This document shows, piece after piece, positions 50,501 to 59,078 of a DNA stretch of 64,000 nucleotides. A program made the translations under genes and the position numbers. The notes under the pieces are model-generated. The model ran no database searches. It had not been told where the DNA came from and was given only the letters and a program-made list of their open reading frames with translations. Position 1 is the first letter of the stretch, and every line of letters starts with the position of its first letter. Source of the DNA: Lysobacterales bacterium (GTDB lineage Bacteria; Pseudomonadota; Gammaproteobacteria; Xanthomonadales; SZUA-38); assembly GCA_030065125.1 (NCBI GenBank), contig JASJDM010000006.1, forward strand, positions 1-64,000. Direction: 5' to 3'.

Positions 50501-50843
50501 CAATGGAAGCCACCGGCTGATCGTCGAACACCGGGGTCCAGTTCAGTCCACCGTTGTCGGAGGTCCAGACTCCCCCGGTGGCGGTTCCCACCACCAGCCG
50601 ATTGGGATCGGCTGTGACCGCGTCGATGACCGTAACCCGTCCTGACACGCTGGCGGGGCCCACGTTGCGGGCTTTCAATCCCGCCAGCAGCTTGGAGTCC
50701 AGCGCCCCGTAGGCGGGGATGGCCGTCGCCACCAACGCGCCGAAAAGTATTGCCCCGAATTTCATCATTGATCCCCTCGCGTAAGAATTCTTATGGGTTG
50801 GTCGCAGCGCAGTGTGCGGGGCCCAGGGTGTTGGCTCTGTCAA
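47517..50843 (-). CDS. VPS10/sortilin-like BNR (Asp-box) repeat protein, paralog 2, secreted
   Basis: 1108 aa with a signal peptide and at least 9 Asp-boxes (SIDGGRSWKL, TVDAGGSWER, SYDGGQTWQQ, SDDGGESWST, SIDGGRTFRF, SRDRGETWRF, STDRGESWTV, TRDGGETWNR, STDSGDEWTP). Roughly 45-50% identical to 36367..39621 in the first 300 aa by eye. Confidence 0.85.
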   Translation of the reverse strand: MTEPTPWAPHTALRPTHKNSYARGSMMKFGAILFGALVATAIPAYGALDSKLLAGLKARNVGPASVSGRVTVIDAVTADPNRLVVGTATGGVWTSDNGGLNWTPVFDDQPVASIGALAINQSNPDIIWVGTGESNVRNSTSIGGGVYKSIDGGRSWKLVGLESTERIDRIALDPRDPDVAYVAALGTLWGPNEDRGLYKTVDAGGSWERLLYVDDTTGATDVKLDPHNPDKVYAAMWQFRRWPYHFKSGGAGSGMYLSYDGGQTWQQKTTEDGLPKGELGRMVFAPSPAQKGRVWALVEAEKSAVIRSDDGGESWSTVNTDYNISDRPFYYTELFADPVDANRVYNVSTRVRVSIDGGRTFRFFPAINCCAASNTIHIDNHAFWINPADPRHLITGNDGGLGISRDRGETWRFVRNLPLAQFYHIAVDNDHPYNIYGGLQDNGSWRGPAELWETSGILNFHWREVGFGDGFDTVPDPRNSRTGYSMSQGGNLYRWDLDNGEWRVVRPSPPEEDSDLRFNWSAGFAFDPFDPDTVYYGSQYVHKSTDRGESWTVISGDLTSNNPEFQTFRESGGLTPDVTAAENYTSIVAMAPSPVAQGTLWVGTDDGRIHVTRDGGETWNRVDGRVRGVPAGTWVPMIHPSPHEAGVAHVVFDDHRRSNMATYVYRAENYGQRWRNLSDDSDLRGYAHSVLQDHEDPSLLFLGTEFGLFFSTDSGDEWTPFRAGVPTVSVMDMAIQAREDDLVLGTHGRSVYVVDDYSALRGLEAEDFDQRLRILSTTPGQQYDPNQTPGTRFTGSGEFRAPNEPYGVMITFMASGEDLAHPDKELERDRKIARRDAKIESEETEDNGSKPDKPVKVKLTVTTLDDETVREYRYPVYQGINRITWPLRADGVRRLPGADQGTRPTGGPGRSQDDGLPPGPEVPPGQYRVTLSLDEQEDSAEVTVLPDPRSPYSAEDRLENYRTLLAVRDLRRTAVDAVETILHARDDVDTVIKLIKQRDDEALKELQKEAGEIRKALDDLEKVFRTPPRTKGIVYDDDQVNNLIGGAYFYVASSFDAPSPAARVYIERAEKSLQQGRQQLNEFLQGKLAEFRQKVTEAEIGLLRQSAS

Positions 50844-50859
50844 TGAAAGTCAACAGAAC

Positions 50860-51609
50860 TCAGGTCAGGCCGTCCCAGACCAATCGGATTGCGACCAGCA
50901 GCAGGAATCCGTAACAGACCCGGTAGAACTGTTCGTCGGAAATGCGGTGATGCAGCCAGGCGCCAAGCCAGATGCCCAACAGGCCAAAGGGCATCAGCAG
51001 CAGTGACGCCTTGAGGTTGTCCACCGGGAACTGGCCGAGCCAGGCATAGGGAATCAGCTTCAGGTAGTTGACCACCGCGAACAGCGCCACGGTAGTGCCC
51101 ACGAACAGCGTCCGGGGCAGGCGCAGGGGCAGCAGGTACATGCTCACGGGCGGCGCGCCGGCATGGGCCACAAAACTGGTGAATCCACCCACGGCGCCCG
51201 ACAATCCGCCGCGCAGGGCCGAGTATTCCCGCGGCTTCGCCTGCCGCCCGCCCCGCCTCAGCCAATAGTCCAGGGTAAACCACAGCGCGATGCAGCCGAT
51301 CAACAATCGCAGGCTGTCGCCGTCGAAGTACCGGAACGTCACGGCCCCCACCGCGATCCCCAGTGCTGCTCCCAGGACCAGTACCCGGAGGTTGGGCCGG
51401 TCCCACTGGCCCCGGTAAAGCCACAGGCCATAGAGGTCCATGATGCAAAGCACCGGCAGCAGTACCGCCGCTGCCTGCACCGGGGACATGACCAGGGACA
51501 GCAGCGGAACGGCCACAATGCCGAGTCCGCCGCCAAAGCCGCCCTTGGAAACTCCGAAAATGAGGACGGCCGATATGCCGGCCAGCAGGAAACCGGGTTC
51601 GTTAATCAC
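50860..51609 (-). CDS. TauE/SafE family sulfite/anion exporter
   Basis: 249 aa. Two internal repeats of four transmembrane segments with Gly-rich motifs (SKGGFGGGLGIVAVPLL). 16 bp upstream of the VPS10 paralog 2 start. Confidence 0.85.
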   Translation of the reverse strand: MINEPGFLLAGISAVLIFGVSKGGFGGGLGIVAVPLLSLVMSPVQAAAVLLPVLCIMDLYGLWLYRGQWDRPNLRVLVLGAALGIAVGAVTFRYFDGDSLRLLIGCIALWFTLDYWLRRGGRQAKPREYSALRGGLSGAVGGFTSFVAHAGAPPVSMYLLPLRLPRTLFVGTTVALFAVVNYLKLIPYAWLGQFPVDNLKASLLLMPFGLLGIWLGAWLHHRISDEQFYRVCYGFLLLVAIRLVWDGLT

Positions 51610-51621
51610 CGCGGGCGCGGC

Positions 51622-53769
51622 TTACCCGGCAGACTGGATGTCTTCGCCTTCTGCCGCCTTCAGGAGCTTAACCAGCGCATCGGCAGTCAGGGGCTTGCTC
51701 AACAGAAAGCCCTGGACCACGTTGCATTCCAGCGCAGCCAGGTGGTTCATCTGGGCCTGGGTCTCCACACCCTCCGCGATAATATTCAGGCCCAGGCCCT
51801 TGGCCATGGCGACAATGGCGTTGACGATGGAAGCCCCGTTGGTCTCCGGGCGGATATCCCAGACGAAAGACCGGTCGATCTTGATGGTGTTGATAGGCAG
51901 CTTCTGCAGGTATCCCATGGAGGAATAACCCGTACCGAAATCATCGATGGCGATCTTTACTCCGTGCCGGGACAGCAGGTTAAGCTTGTTGGCCACGCTG
52001 TCCAGGTCGCGCATGATGACGTTCTCGGTGATTTCCAGTTCCAGCGCACTGCCGGGGATCTGGAATTCATCCAGCATGGAGACGAAGCGGTCGACCTGTT
52101 CGTGGGCCAGCTGCATGGCCGACAGGTTGACGCACAGGGTAAACTCCGGCAGTCCCTGCTCACGCCAGGCCCGCATATCGGACAGCGCCTGTCTCAGCAC
52201 CCAGTCCCCCACGGCCATGATCAGCCCGCATTCCTCGGCATGGGGCACGAAATCCACCGGCGACATCAGGCCCTGCTCGGGGTGGTTCCAGCGCACCAGG
52301 GCCTCCACCCCGACGATTCGGTTGTTGCGGATGTCGAACTGCGGCTGGTACAGCAGTTCCAGCTGGTCATTTTCAACCGCCTTGCGCAGGCCGGACTCCA
52401 GCGACAGCAGGTGCGACACCCGCGCCTTCATCTCGTCATCGAAGAACTCGTAGCCGTCACGCCCGTTTTCCTTGATGTGGTACATGGCGATGTCGGCGTT
52501 CTTGATCAGGGTGTCCATGTCAGCCCCGTGCTCGGGAAACGCGGCGATGCCGATGCTGGTACTGACAAACACTTCGTGATTTTCCAGCATGAATGGCTGG
52601 CTCAGTTCTTCGATGATCTTTTGCGCGGCGTGGGCGGCGTCATCATGGGAGTTGATCTGGGGTATCAGGATGATGAACTCGTCTCCCCCCACCCGGGCAA
52701 TGGTGTCTCCTTCGCGCATGGAACCACGCAGCCGGGTGGCCACCATCTGCAGCAATTCGTCACCCCGGACGTGGCCCAGGGTGTCGTTCACCAGTTTGAA
52801 GCGGTCCAGGTCGATGAACATCACCGCCAGCCCATGCTTGCTGCGGCGGGCCTGGGAGATCGACAGGTGCAGGCGGTCCTTGAACAGGGCCCGGTTGGGC
52901 AGACCGGTCAGCAGATCATGAAAGGCCTGGTAGCGGATCACCTCCTCGGCGCGCTTGCGCTCGGTGATGTCCCGGGCGACCCCATAGGTGCCCATGTAGC
53001 GCCTCGATCCCTGGGGGTCTTCCACCACATACATACCCATGGAGCTGAGCTCAATGGGCAGGGTGTTGTTGTCGAAGATCCGGGGAGACGCCGAGCTGTC
53101 CTTGCAGCGCAGCCGCAGCTCCACGTTGCGGGTTGCGCGTTCGCCGGTACGCCGCTCGTTGAAGATATGCGTTGCCTTGTCCAGGTCTTCGGGATAAACC
53201 AGGGTGGAAAAATGCTGGCCGATCAGTTCTTTCGGCTCGTACCCCAGCAGCGAGGCAATGCGGGTATTGATAAAGGTGAAGCGGCCCTTGCTGTCCAGCA
53301 TGTAGATGATGTCGGGCGAGCTGTTCACCATGTAGCGGTACAGCCGCTCCGAATGGGCCAGCTTGCCCTGGATGCGCTGGTTCTCCTGGATCAGGTGACA
53401 CTTGCGGATGGCGTTTTCCACCGTCAGCGTCAGCACCTCGGGAGCATAGGGCTTGCGCAGATAATCGTACGCGCCATGGCGCAGGGAATGGATGACGTTT
53501 TCGATGGAGGTGTCGCCGCTCATCACGATGACGGTGACGTCCAGCTCGCTTTGCTGGATGAAATCCATGACCTCGATGCCGGTCATGCGCGGCATCATCA
53601 GGTCGAGGAGGAGCACGTCATATCGCCGTCTCTTCAGTTCGGCGACGGCGTCTTCTCCGTTGTTGACAACGGATACTTCGTACCCCTGGAGCGTGATCAG
53701 GGCTTCTACGCTCGCAGCCGCCCGCTGGTCATCATCCGCAACCAGAATACGGCCATTAAACTCTGTCAT
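51622..53769 (-). CDS. response regulator with REC-PAS-GGDEF-EAL domains (c-di-GMP turnover)
   Basis: REC domain (ILVADDDQRAA ... DLMMPRMTG, phospho-acceptor Asp). PAS domain. GGDEF motif RVGGDEFIILI. EAL motif ELEITENV. 715 aa. Confidence 0.92.
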   Translation of the reverse strand: MTEFNGRILVADDDQRAAASVEALITLQGYEVSVVNNGEDAVAELKRRRYDVLLLDLMMPRMTGIEVMDFIQQSELDVTVIVMSGDTSIENVIHSLRHGAYDYLRKPYAPEVLTLTVENAIRKCHLIQENQRIQGKLAHSERLYRYMVNSSPDIIYMLDSKGRFTFINTRIASLLGYEPKELIGQHFSTLVYPEDLDKATHIFNERRTGERATRNVELRLRCKDSSASPRIFDNNTLPIELSSMGMYVVEDPQGSRRYMGTYGVARDITERKRAEEVIRYQAFHDLLTGLPNRALFKDRLHLSISQARRSKHGLAVMFIDLDRFKLVNDTLGHVRGDELLQMVATRLRGSMREGDTIARVGGDEFIILIPQINSHDDAAHAAQKIIEELSQPFMLENHEVFVSTSIGIAAFPEHGADMDTLIKNADIAMYHIKENGRDGYEFFDDEMKARVSHLLSLESGLRKAVENDQLELLYQPQFDIRNNRIVGVEALVRWNHPEQGLMSPVDFVPHAEECGLIMAVGDWVLRQALSDMRAWREQGLPEFTLCVNLSAMQLAHEQVDRFVSMLDEFQIPGSALELEITENVIMRDLDSVANKLNLLSRHGVKIAIDDFGTGYSSMGYLQKLPINTIKIDRSFVWDIRPETNGASIVNAIVAMAKGLGLNIIAEGVETQAQMNHLAALECNVVQGFLLSKPLTADALVKLLKAAEGEDIQSAG

Positions 53770-53840
53770 GTTACGACCCCCGGTCGTCTTATATCATAAC
53801 CCGGCCATTCTTGTGTGCCGGTTCTTTGCCATGGCCTGGG

Positions 53841-55958
53841 CTATGGCTGCCGCGCGGTTTTTTCCGCTTTCCGCTTCCTCCGCTCCACCGTCTTCCTGGG
53901 CAACAGCACCCGGAACGTGGTGCCGATGTCTTTGCCGGTCTTGAAGCCGATGGACCCTTCCAGCCCTTCCACCAGTTCGCGGACGATGGAAAGGCCTATA
54001 CCTGCATGTTCCTCACCCTTGGTGCTGACCACTGGCTGGAATAATTTTGCCTGAATATGATCAGGAATTCCCGGCCCGTCGTCCTTTACCTCCAGCTCAA
54101 CGTACGGCGTGCCGTCAACGTTGAACCAGTCACGCGTCCGAATGCGCAGGTTTCCACCGTCCTCCATGGCTTCCACGGCGTTGCGGATCAGGTTGATCAG
54201 AACCTGCTTCAGCGCGCCTTCGCTGCTGACGATCGGTGGCAGGGAATCGTCCAGCTCGAGCTCCACTTCTATCTTACCCGAAGACAGCAGCGACGCCTCT
54301 GACACCCGGACGAGATCCTGTATCAATGAATTCATCGCCACCGGCTTTCGCTCCCCTTCCTGTTCTCCGCGGTCCCCGGTCAGCTGCTGAATCAGGCCGG
54401 TGGCTCGGACCAGTTCCTGCTGAATGATGTCCAGGTCCTCCCGTGCCGGATGGCCATCCCCCAGTTTTACATTCAGCACCTGGATGTAATTGCGGATGAT
54501 GCTCAGCGGATTGTTGACCTCGTGGACGATCTGCCGGATCCGCGGGCTGGCGCCCGTTTCCTCAGCCGCTGGCGCCTCGGCTGCGGACTCGGGGATGGTC
54601 TCAACCAGTGAATGGGCCGCCGCATCCGCCAGTTCCTGCAGCAGACCGACGCGATTCTCCAGTCTGGCCAGCTGGCTTCGATCAATACCCAGCACCAGGA
54701 CCCCCAGGCGGCGCTCCATCAGGCGAATGGGCAGCATGGCCAGCCCCTCGGACTCCAGCCGACGCTGAATCTGCCGGTCCACGACGTTCACGATGGGGCT
54801 ATCGGGATCGAAGGAGTGAATCATGCAGGCGTCCAGCAGCGACCGTGCCACCAGACTGCGGCCGTCGCTGATGCGGATCTGGAACTCCTTCGCTACAGAA
54901 CCGGCATCACCGAGACTGTCTCCCCGAAGCATCTGTTCATCGGGGTCCACCCGAAACACCATGGCGCCGCGGGCACCGCTCATCAGGCAGGCATTGCGCT
55001 GCAGTACACCCAGGCCGTCCGAAGCATCACTCCGACCCGGCGCCCCCAGACCGCCCAGCAGGGCCATGTCGCGGATCCTGGAAGCCAGGGCCTCGGACCT
55101 GGCGCCCACCGAGCTCAGCAGCCCACTGTCCTCGGGCTCGTCGGTTGCGTGTCTCAGGTCCAACCTGCTGCAGACCTCGGCAATTTCTTCCCGGGCCCGG
55201 GCCATCAGGTCGACAACGCCGGCATCGTTGATTCCCAGCAGGGACTCCGCGGAGGCCGAGGTTCCGTCGCCGTCAGTCAGGCTGGCAGCGACAAACACAA
55301 TTCGCACCAGCGGGTGGGCGTCCAGCAGGTAGTCCTCGGGCTGATGGTGATAGCGGACCGCGTCAGCCAGGAACGGGTTCAGCCCCCATCCCTCCAGCAG
55401 ATCAGCACCCAGGTCCGGATGGCTGACTCCGTACTGCTCCTGCTCCTGGATCAGGCGCTGGAGGACGTCTCGCACTGTGGCGCAAAGATCTCCGTAGACT
55501 TTGCCCTGGCTGCACCAAAGCACCATTTCCCCCAGGTTGTGCAACAGGCCGCCGAGATAAGCTTCCTCCGGTTCAGGGTATTGCAGATGCCTCGCCAGCC
55601 GTCGGGCGATCACCGCGCAGCGTACGCCGGACCGCCACTGGTGAACCAGCGTCTCCAGCCCGATGCCGTCGGCCGCCGGAGCATCAACCGCCAGCGTCCG
55701 CAGTCCATCCCGACCCAGCAGGGCCACGCGATCGTGCAGGGAATTGCCGGCCGCCCCCGGGCTGTTCGCCGTCAGAGCGAAAACCCGGGCCACCAGGGCC
55801 GGATCGCGACTCACCACCGCGAAGAGTTCTTCGGAATCCACATCGCGGCGGGCGCAGGCGTCAATCAGATCCACCAGCACGTGGGGCAGCGAAACAAGCC
55901 GCGCGGAGTCAAACCGGTCGGGCCGCGCGGAGTCAAACTGGTCAGGCCGGGTGTTCAT
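53841..55958 (-). CDS. sensor histidine kinase with N-terminal HDOD domain
   Basis: HDOD region (LPHVLVDLIDACARRDVD ... HNLGEMVLW). H-box HEVNNPLSIIRNY. HATPase_c motifs (NLIRNAVEAM, DDGPGIPD, GIGLSIVRELVE). 705 aa. Confidence 0.88.
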   Translation of the reverse strand: MNTRPDQFDSARPDRFDSARLVSLPHVLVDLIDACARRDVDSEELFAVVSRDPALVARVFALTANSPGAAGNSLHDRVALLGRDGLRTLAVDAPAADGIGLETLVHQWRSGVRCAVIARRLARHLQYPEPEEAYLGGLLHNLGEMVLWCSQGKVYGDLCATVRDVLQRLIQEQEQYGVSHPDLGADLLEGWGLNPFLADAVRYHHQPEDYLLDAHPLVRIVFVAASLTDGDGTSASAESLLGINDAGVVDLMARAREEIAEVCSRLDLRHATDEPEDSGLLSSVGARSEALASRIRDMALLGGLGAPGRSDASDGLGVLQRNACLMSGARGAMVFRVDPDEQMLRGDSLGDAGSVAKEFQIRISDGRSLVARSLLDACMIHSFDPDSPIVNVVDRQIQRRLESEGLAMLPIRLMERRLGVLVLGIDRSQLARLENRVGLLQELADAAAHSLVETIPESAAEAPAAEETGASPRIRQIVHEVNNPLSIIRNYIQVLNVKLGDGHPAREDLDIIQQELVRATGLIQQLTGDRGEQEGERKPVAMNSLIQDLVRVSEASLLSSGKIEVELELDDSLPPIVSSEGALKQVLINLIRNAVEAMEDGGNLRIRTRDWFNVDGTPYVELEVKDDGPGIPDHIQAKLFQPVVSTKGEEHAGIGLSIVRELVEGLEGSIGFKTGKDIGTTFRVLLPRKTVERRKRKAEKTARQP
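55900..55948. repeat. 24-bp tandem duplication inside the 5' end of the HDOD kinase gene
   Basis: CGCGGAGTCAAACCGGTCGGGC and CGCGGAGTCAAACTGGTCAGGC in tandem encode PDQFDSAR / PDRFDSAR. Confidence 0.6.
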
Positions 55959-56190
55959 TCAGACCGTGCCGTCCAGGGGGGATAAATTCCCGACGGTTCG
56001 GCACCGGCGCGCGCCGCGCTCTCCCGGTAACGGGAAACCACGACGATGACCAGAGGTAGTGGGGGTGCTCTGAGCCGTTGACGCTGTCCCCCCGCGGCCC
56101 ATGATTTATGCAGCCGGGAGGTTGTCAAAGCCAAACATGGGGCGCAATGATAGCGTTTCGGCGGCGGTATTGAAATGTGCCGCCACACGC

Positions 56191-57438
56191 TCAGGTTGCT
56201 CCGTTGCTGGCCGATCCGTCCGATGAGCTGCCGCTTATGCCCGCTGACTCGCGGATCCGGGTGCCGCTGATCACACGATTTCGGCCTTCACGCTTGGCCT
56301 GGAACATACGTTCATCGGCCAGGTCCAGCAGGCCGCGGATGTCTTTGCCGTCCTCGGGATAACAGGCCACACCGAGGCTTGCGGTCAGCTGCGTGGTGGT
56401 GTTGCCCACGGGAAACTTGGTGCGGGAAATGCGTTCCCGTATTGCCTCGAGGCGGAAGTGAATCTCTTCCCGATGGGTTTCCGGGAACAACAGCACGAAT
56501 TCCTCACCCCCGACCCGGGCCAGCAGGTCCGTGCTGCGAATGCAGTGCTGCAGCTCCTGGGCAATCACCTTCAGGGCCTGGTCACCCTGGGCGTGCCCGT
56601 GGGTATCGTTGATGTGCTTGAAGTGATCGATGTCCAGCACCGCCACCGCGAGGGGCCGCACGTAGCGCCGTGCGCGGTCCATTTCCTCCCGGGCGCGCTC
56701 CTCGAAGTAACCCCGGTTGTGCAACCCGGTCAGGACGTCTGTCAACGACTGGCGGCGCAGGTAGGTGCTGCGCACGATAACGAAACATACCAGCAGGGTC
56801 ACAGCCATGAGCACAACCAGCCGGCCGTACTGCATGCCCCAGGTAAAGCCGCCGTAGGCCGGTGACGCCATGGCGTTGATGTCCCAGCGGGTGTCGGCGA
56901 ATATCACCAGGGAGAGGTACTGCGCAGCTGCCGTCAGCCCGGTCAGCAGCGCCAGTCTCCAGTCGTACCGCAAAGCGCAGAAACCCACGGCCAGGAAGTA
57001 GGCTTCAAACAGTATCCGGCTGTTGACCGCCGCATCCGGGCGTCCCAGCAGCACCAGCATCCACAGTCCGCCGGTGACGATGGACACGTCCACCAGGCTG
57101 GACATCCAGCTCATCCACGCAGCGTAGTGCCGGCGGATCAGGTACAGCATCAGCAGCGCCCAGGCGATCAGCGCGATGTTTACTCCCAGCGCCGCCGATA
57201 CCAGGTCTCGCTCAAACACCGGCGTGACGTGCATCAAAAGGATGACCAGCACCAGCGCCAGGCGGATGCCGCCCACCAGCAGCTCGCCAGACGCCGCCAT
57301 GCGTGTCAGCAGCGGGTCTCCGGCCCGTCCGGCCTCGCGCAGGGCGGCCTGCAGCAGGGTCATCAGCCCGGGCTGGCCGTCCTCGGCGCCAACGGTGCCA
57401 GCGGCCGGCTGATAAGCTGTTGTCCATCCATTTTTCAT
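56191..57438 (-). CDS. membrane-anchored diguanylate cyclase (GGDEF)
   Basis: N-terminal polytopic membrane region followed by the GGDEF domain with RVGGEEFVLLF. Start placed at MKNGW (57438) because the ORF-track extension to 57537 runs into AT-rich promoter DNA. Confidence 0.8.
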   Translation of the reverse strand: MKNGWTTAYQPAAGTVGAEDGQPGLMTLLQAALREAGRAGDPLLTRMAASGELLVGGIRLALVLVILLMHVTPVFERDLVSAALGVNIALIAWALLMLYLIRRHYAAWMSWMSSLVDVSIVTGGLWMLVLLGRPDAAVNSRILFEAYFLAVGFCALRYDWRLALLTGLTAAAQYLSLVIFADTRWDINAMASPAYGGFTWGMQYGRLVVLMAVTLLVCFVIVRSTYLRRQSLTDVLTGLHNRGYFEERAREEMDRARRYVRPLAVAVLDIDHFKHINDTHGHAQGDQALKVIAQELQHCIRSTDLLARVGGEEFVLLFPETHREEIHFRLEAIRERISRTKFPVGNTTTQLTASLGVACYPEDGKDIRGLLDLADERMFQAKREGRNRVISGTRIRESAGISGSSSDGSASNGAT

Positions 57439-57620
57439 GCTCACATTGTATCGGACCGCACCCCAGTCAAATTTCAACTTTTGTTTCTTACTGCTTGATT
57501 TAACGTTTGTTTTTACTTCTCGACGGTAGGTAATCACCGACGGTCGGGAGGAGTGTTAGACTGGGGTCAATCCAGGGCGATCCAGGGCGGATCTGCCCTT
57601 TTGTTTTTGGACGCCCAGGC

Positions 57621-59066
57621 TTGAGCGCACCACCAGTTCACCATCGACAGCGCGTGCTGACCACCGTGGTAGCCGGAACCGGAATCAGCGTGGTGGATGC
57701 CAGTGCCGCTACGGTGGCCCTTCCCACCATTGCCGCCTGGTACGGCGCCGACCTGCCCACGGTTCAGTGGATCATGACCGGCAACCTGCTGGCAGTGGCA
57801 GCGCTGCTGGTACCCATGGGCAGACTGGGTGATCTGGTCGGGCGCAAACGGCTGTTCGTAGTGGGATTCGCCCTGTTTGCAGCGGCGTCGGTGGCAGCGG
57901 CCCTGTCTCCGGGCATCGGCGTGTTGATTTCGGCCAGGATCATGGCCGGCATTGGTGCATCCATGGCCCAGGCCAACGGCATCCCTATCGCGCTCAACCA
58001 TTACGGCGAGGACCGCCGCGGCTACGTCCTCGGCATCCAGATGGGCGTGGTGGGCCTGGGTGGCATCACCGGCCCGGCCCTGGGCGGGTTTATCACGTCG
58101 TTCATCAACTGGCAGAGTATCTTCTGGGTCACCGCCGCCGGCACCCTGCTGGTGTGCCTGGCTGCCCAGCTGGTGTTTCGGGCCACGGGACAGCGGGACC
58201 CCCAGGCGGCGCGCCGGTTCGACTGGTGGGGCGCCCTGCTTTCGGCCGGGTTCCTGGTCGCCCTGCTGGCCGCGCTGACCAGTGGCCCCCGGGTCGGCTG
58301 GTCCCATCCGGGATTCTGGACCGGGCTGATCCTGGCGGCATGCCTGCTGGTGGCATTCATCGTCTGGGAAAAACGGTGCCGGCACCCCATGCTGGAACTG
58401 TCCATGTTCGCCAGCCCCCTGTTCTCACTGGGGGTACTGGCTTCAGTGGCCCATTTCATGTCCATGTCCTCGGTGCGCTTCCTGGTCCCGTTTCACCTGA
58501 CCGCCGTGGAAAAGCTGAGCCCGGCCCAGGTCGGCCTGGCCCTGGTGCCGGCAGCGGTGGTCATTGCCACCGTCGGTCCATTTGCCGGGCGGCTGTCTGA
58601 TTTCTGGGGAGCCCGGCGTGTAGCCAACCTGGGGATGATCGTCACCGCCGGCGGGCTGATGGTGCTGCTCGGACTGAACCCCGACGCGGGTACCGGACCG
58701 GTGATTGGCGCGCTGATGCTGATGGCCCTCGGGGGTGCGGTGTTTCACGCGCCCAACAGCAGCTCCATCATGGGAGCGTTGGATCAGCAGAGGCTGGGCG
58801 TGGCGGCAGGTTTCATCAGCCTGTCGCGCAACGCGGGCAATGTCATCGGCGTGGCCCTGACGGCGGCCCTGGTGTCCGCCACCATGGCCCGACGGGGCCT
58901 GCCGCCGGTACTGGATCCGGCCGCCAGCGACACCCCCACGCTGGAAGCCTTCGACCAGGGGGCCCAGGTGGTCATTACGGTGTTGCTGGTGATACTGCTG
59001 ACGGTGCTGCTGTCTATCCTGTGGACCCTGTCGCGCAAGAGCGCACCGACCGGGTCCGCCCGGTGA
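57621..59066 (+). CDS. MFS transporter, DHA2 (14-TMS drug:H+ antiporter) family
   Basis: 481 aa with 14 predicted transmembrane segments and MFS motif A (GRLGDLVGRKR). Confidence 0.85.
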   Translation: MSAPPVHHRQRVLTTVVAGTGISVVDASAATVALPTIAAWYGADLPTVQWIMTGNLLAVAALLVPMGRLGDLVGRKRLFVVGFALFAAASVAAALSPGIGVLISARIMAGIGASMAQANGIPIALNHYGEDRRGYVLGIQMGVVGLGGITGPALGGFITSFINWQSIFWVTAAGTLLVCLAAQLVFRATGQRDPQAARRFDWWGALLSAGFLVALLAALTSGPRVGWSHPGFWTGLILAACLLVAFIVWEKRCRHPMLELSMFASPLFSLGVLASVAHFMSMSSVRFLVPFHLTAVEKLSPAQVGLALVPAAVVIATVGPFAGRLSDFWGARRVANLGMIVTAGGLMVLLGLNPDAGTGPVIGALMLMALGGAVFHAPNSSSIMGALDQQRLGVAAGFISLSRNAGNVIGVALTAALVSATMARRGLPPVLDPAASDTPTLEAFDQGAQVVITVLLVILLTVLLSILWTLSRKSAPTGSAR

Positions 59067-59078
59067 TCCATGGAAGGC

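Noticed and set aside
51163-53799. 878-aa + strand ORF opposite the REC-PAS-GGDEF-EAL gene (similarly 54612..55985 opposite the histidine kinase, 42600..44387 opposite DUF2207, 48762..49985 and 37867..39195 opposite the VPS10-like genes, 25909..26721 opposite the RND pump)
   Set aside because: All lack domain signatures and are rich in G/R/A/P/H/Q. They are antisense shadows of genes with strong homology support.
55900-55948. Possibility that the 24-bp direct repeats are a CRISPR array or other repeat element
   Set aside because: Only two units with no spacers, located inside a CDS and in frame. No CRISPR-like arrays or cas genes anywhere in the window.
57439-57537. N-terminal 33-codon extension of the GGDEF gene (MITYRREVKTNVKSSSKKQK ...)
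   Set aside because: It is encoded by AT-rich DNA unlike the rest of the gene and lies in the divergent promoter region. An internal Met at 57438 gives a sensible start.
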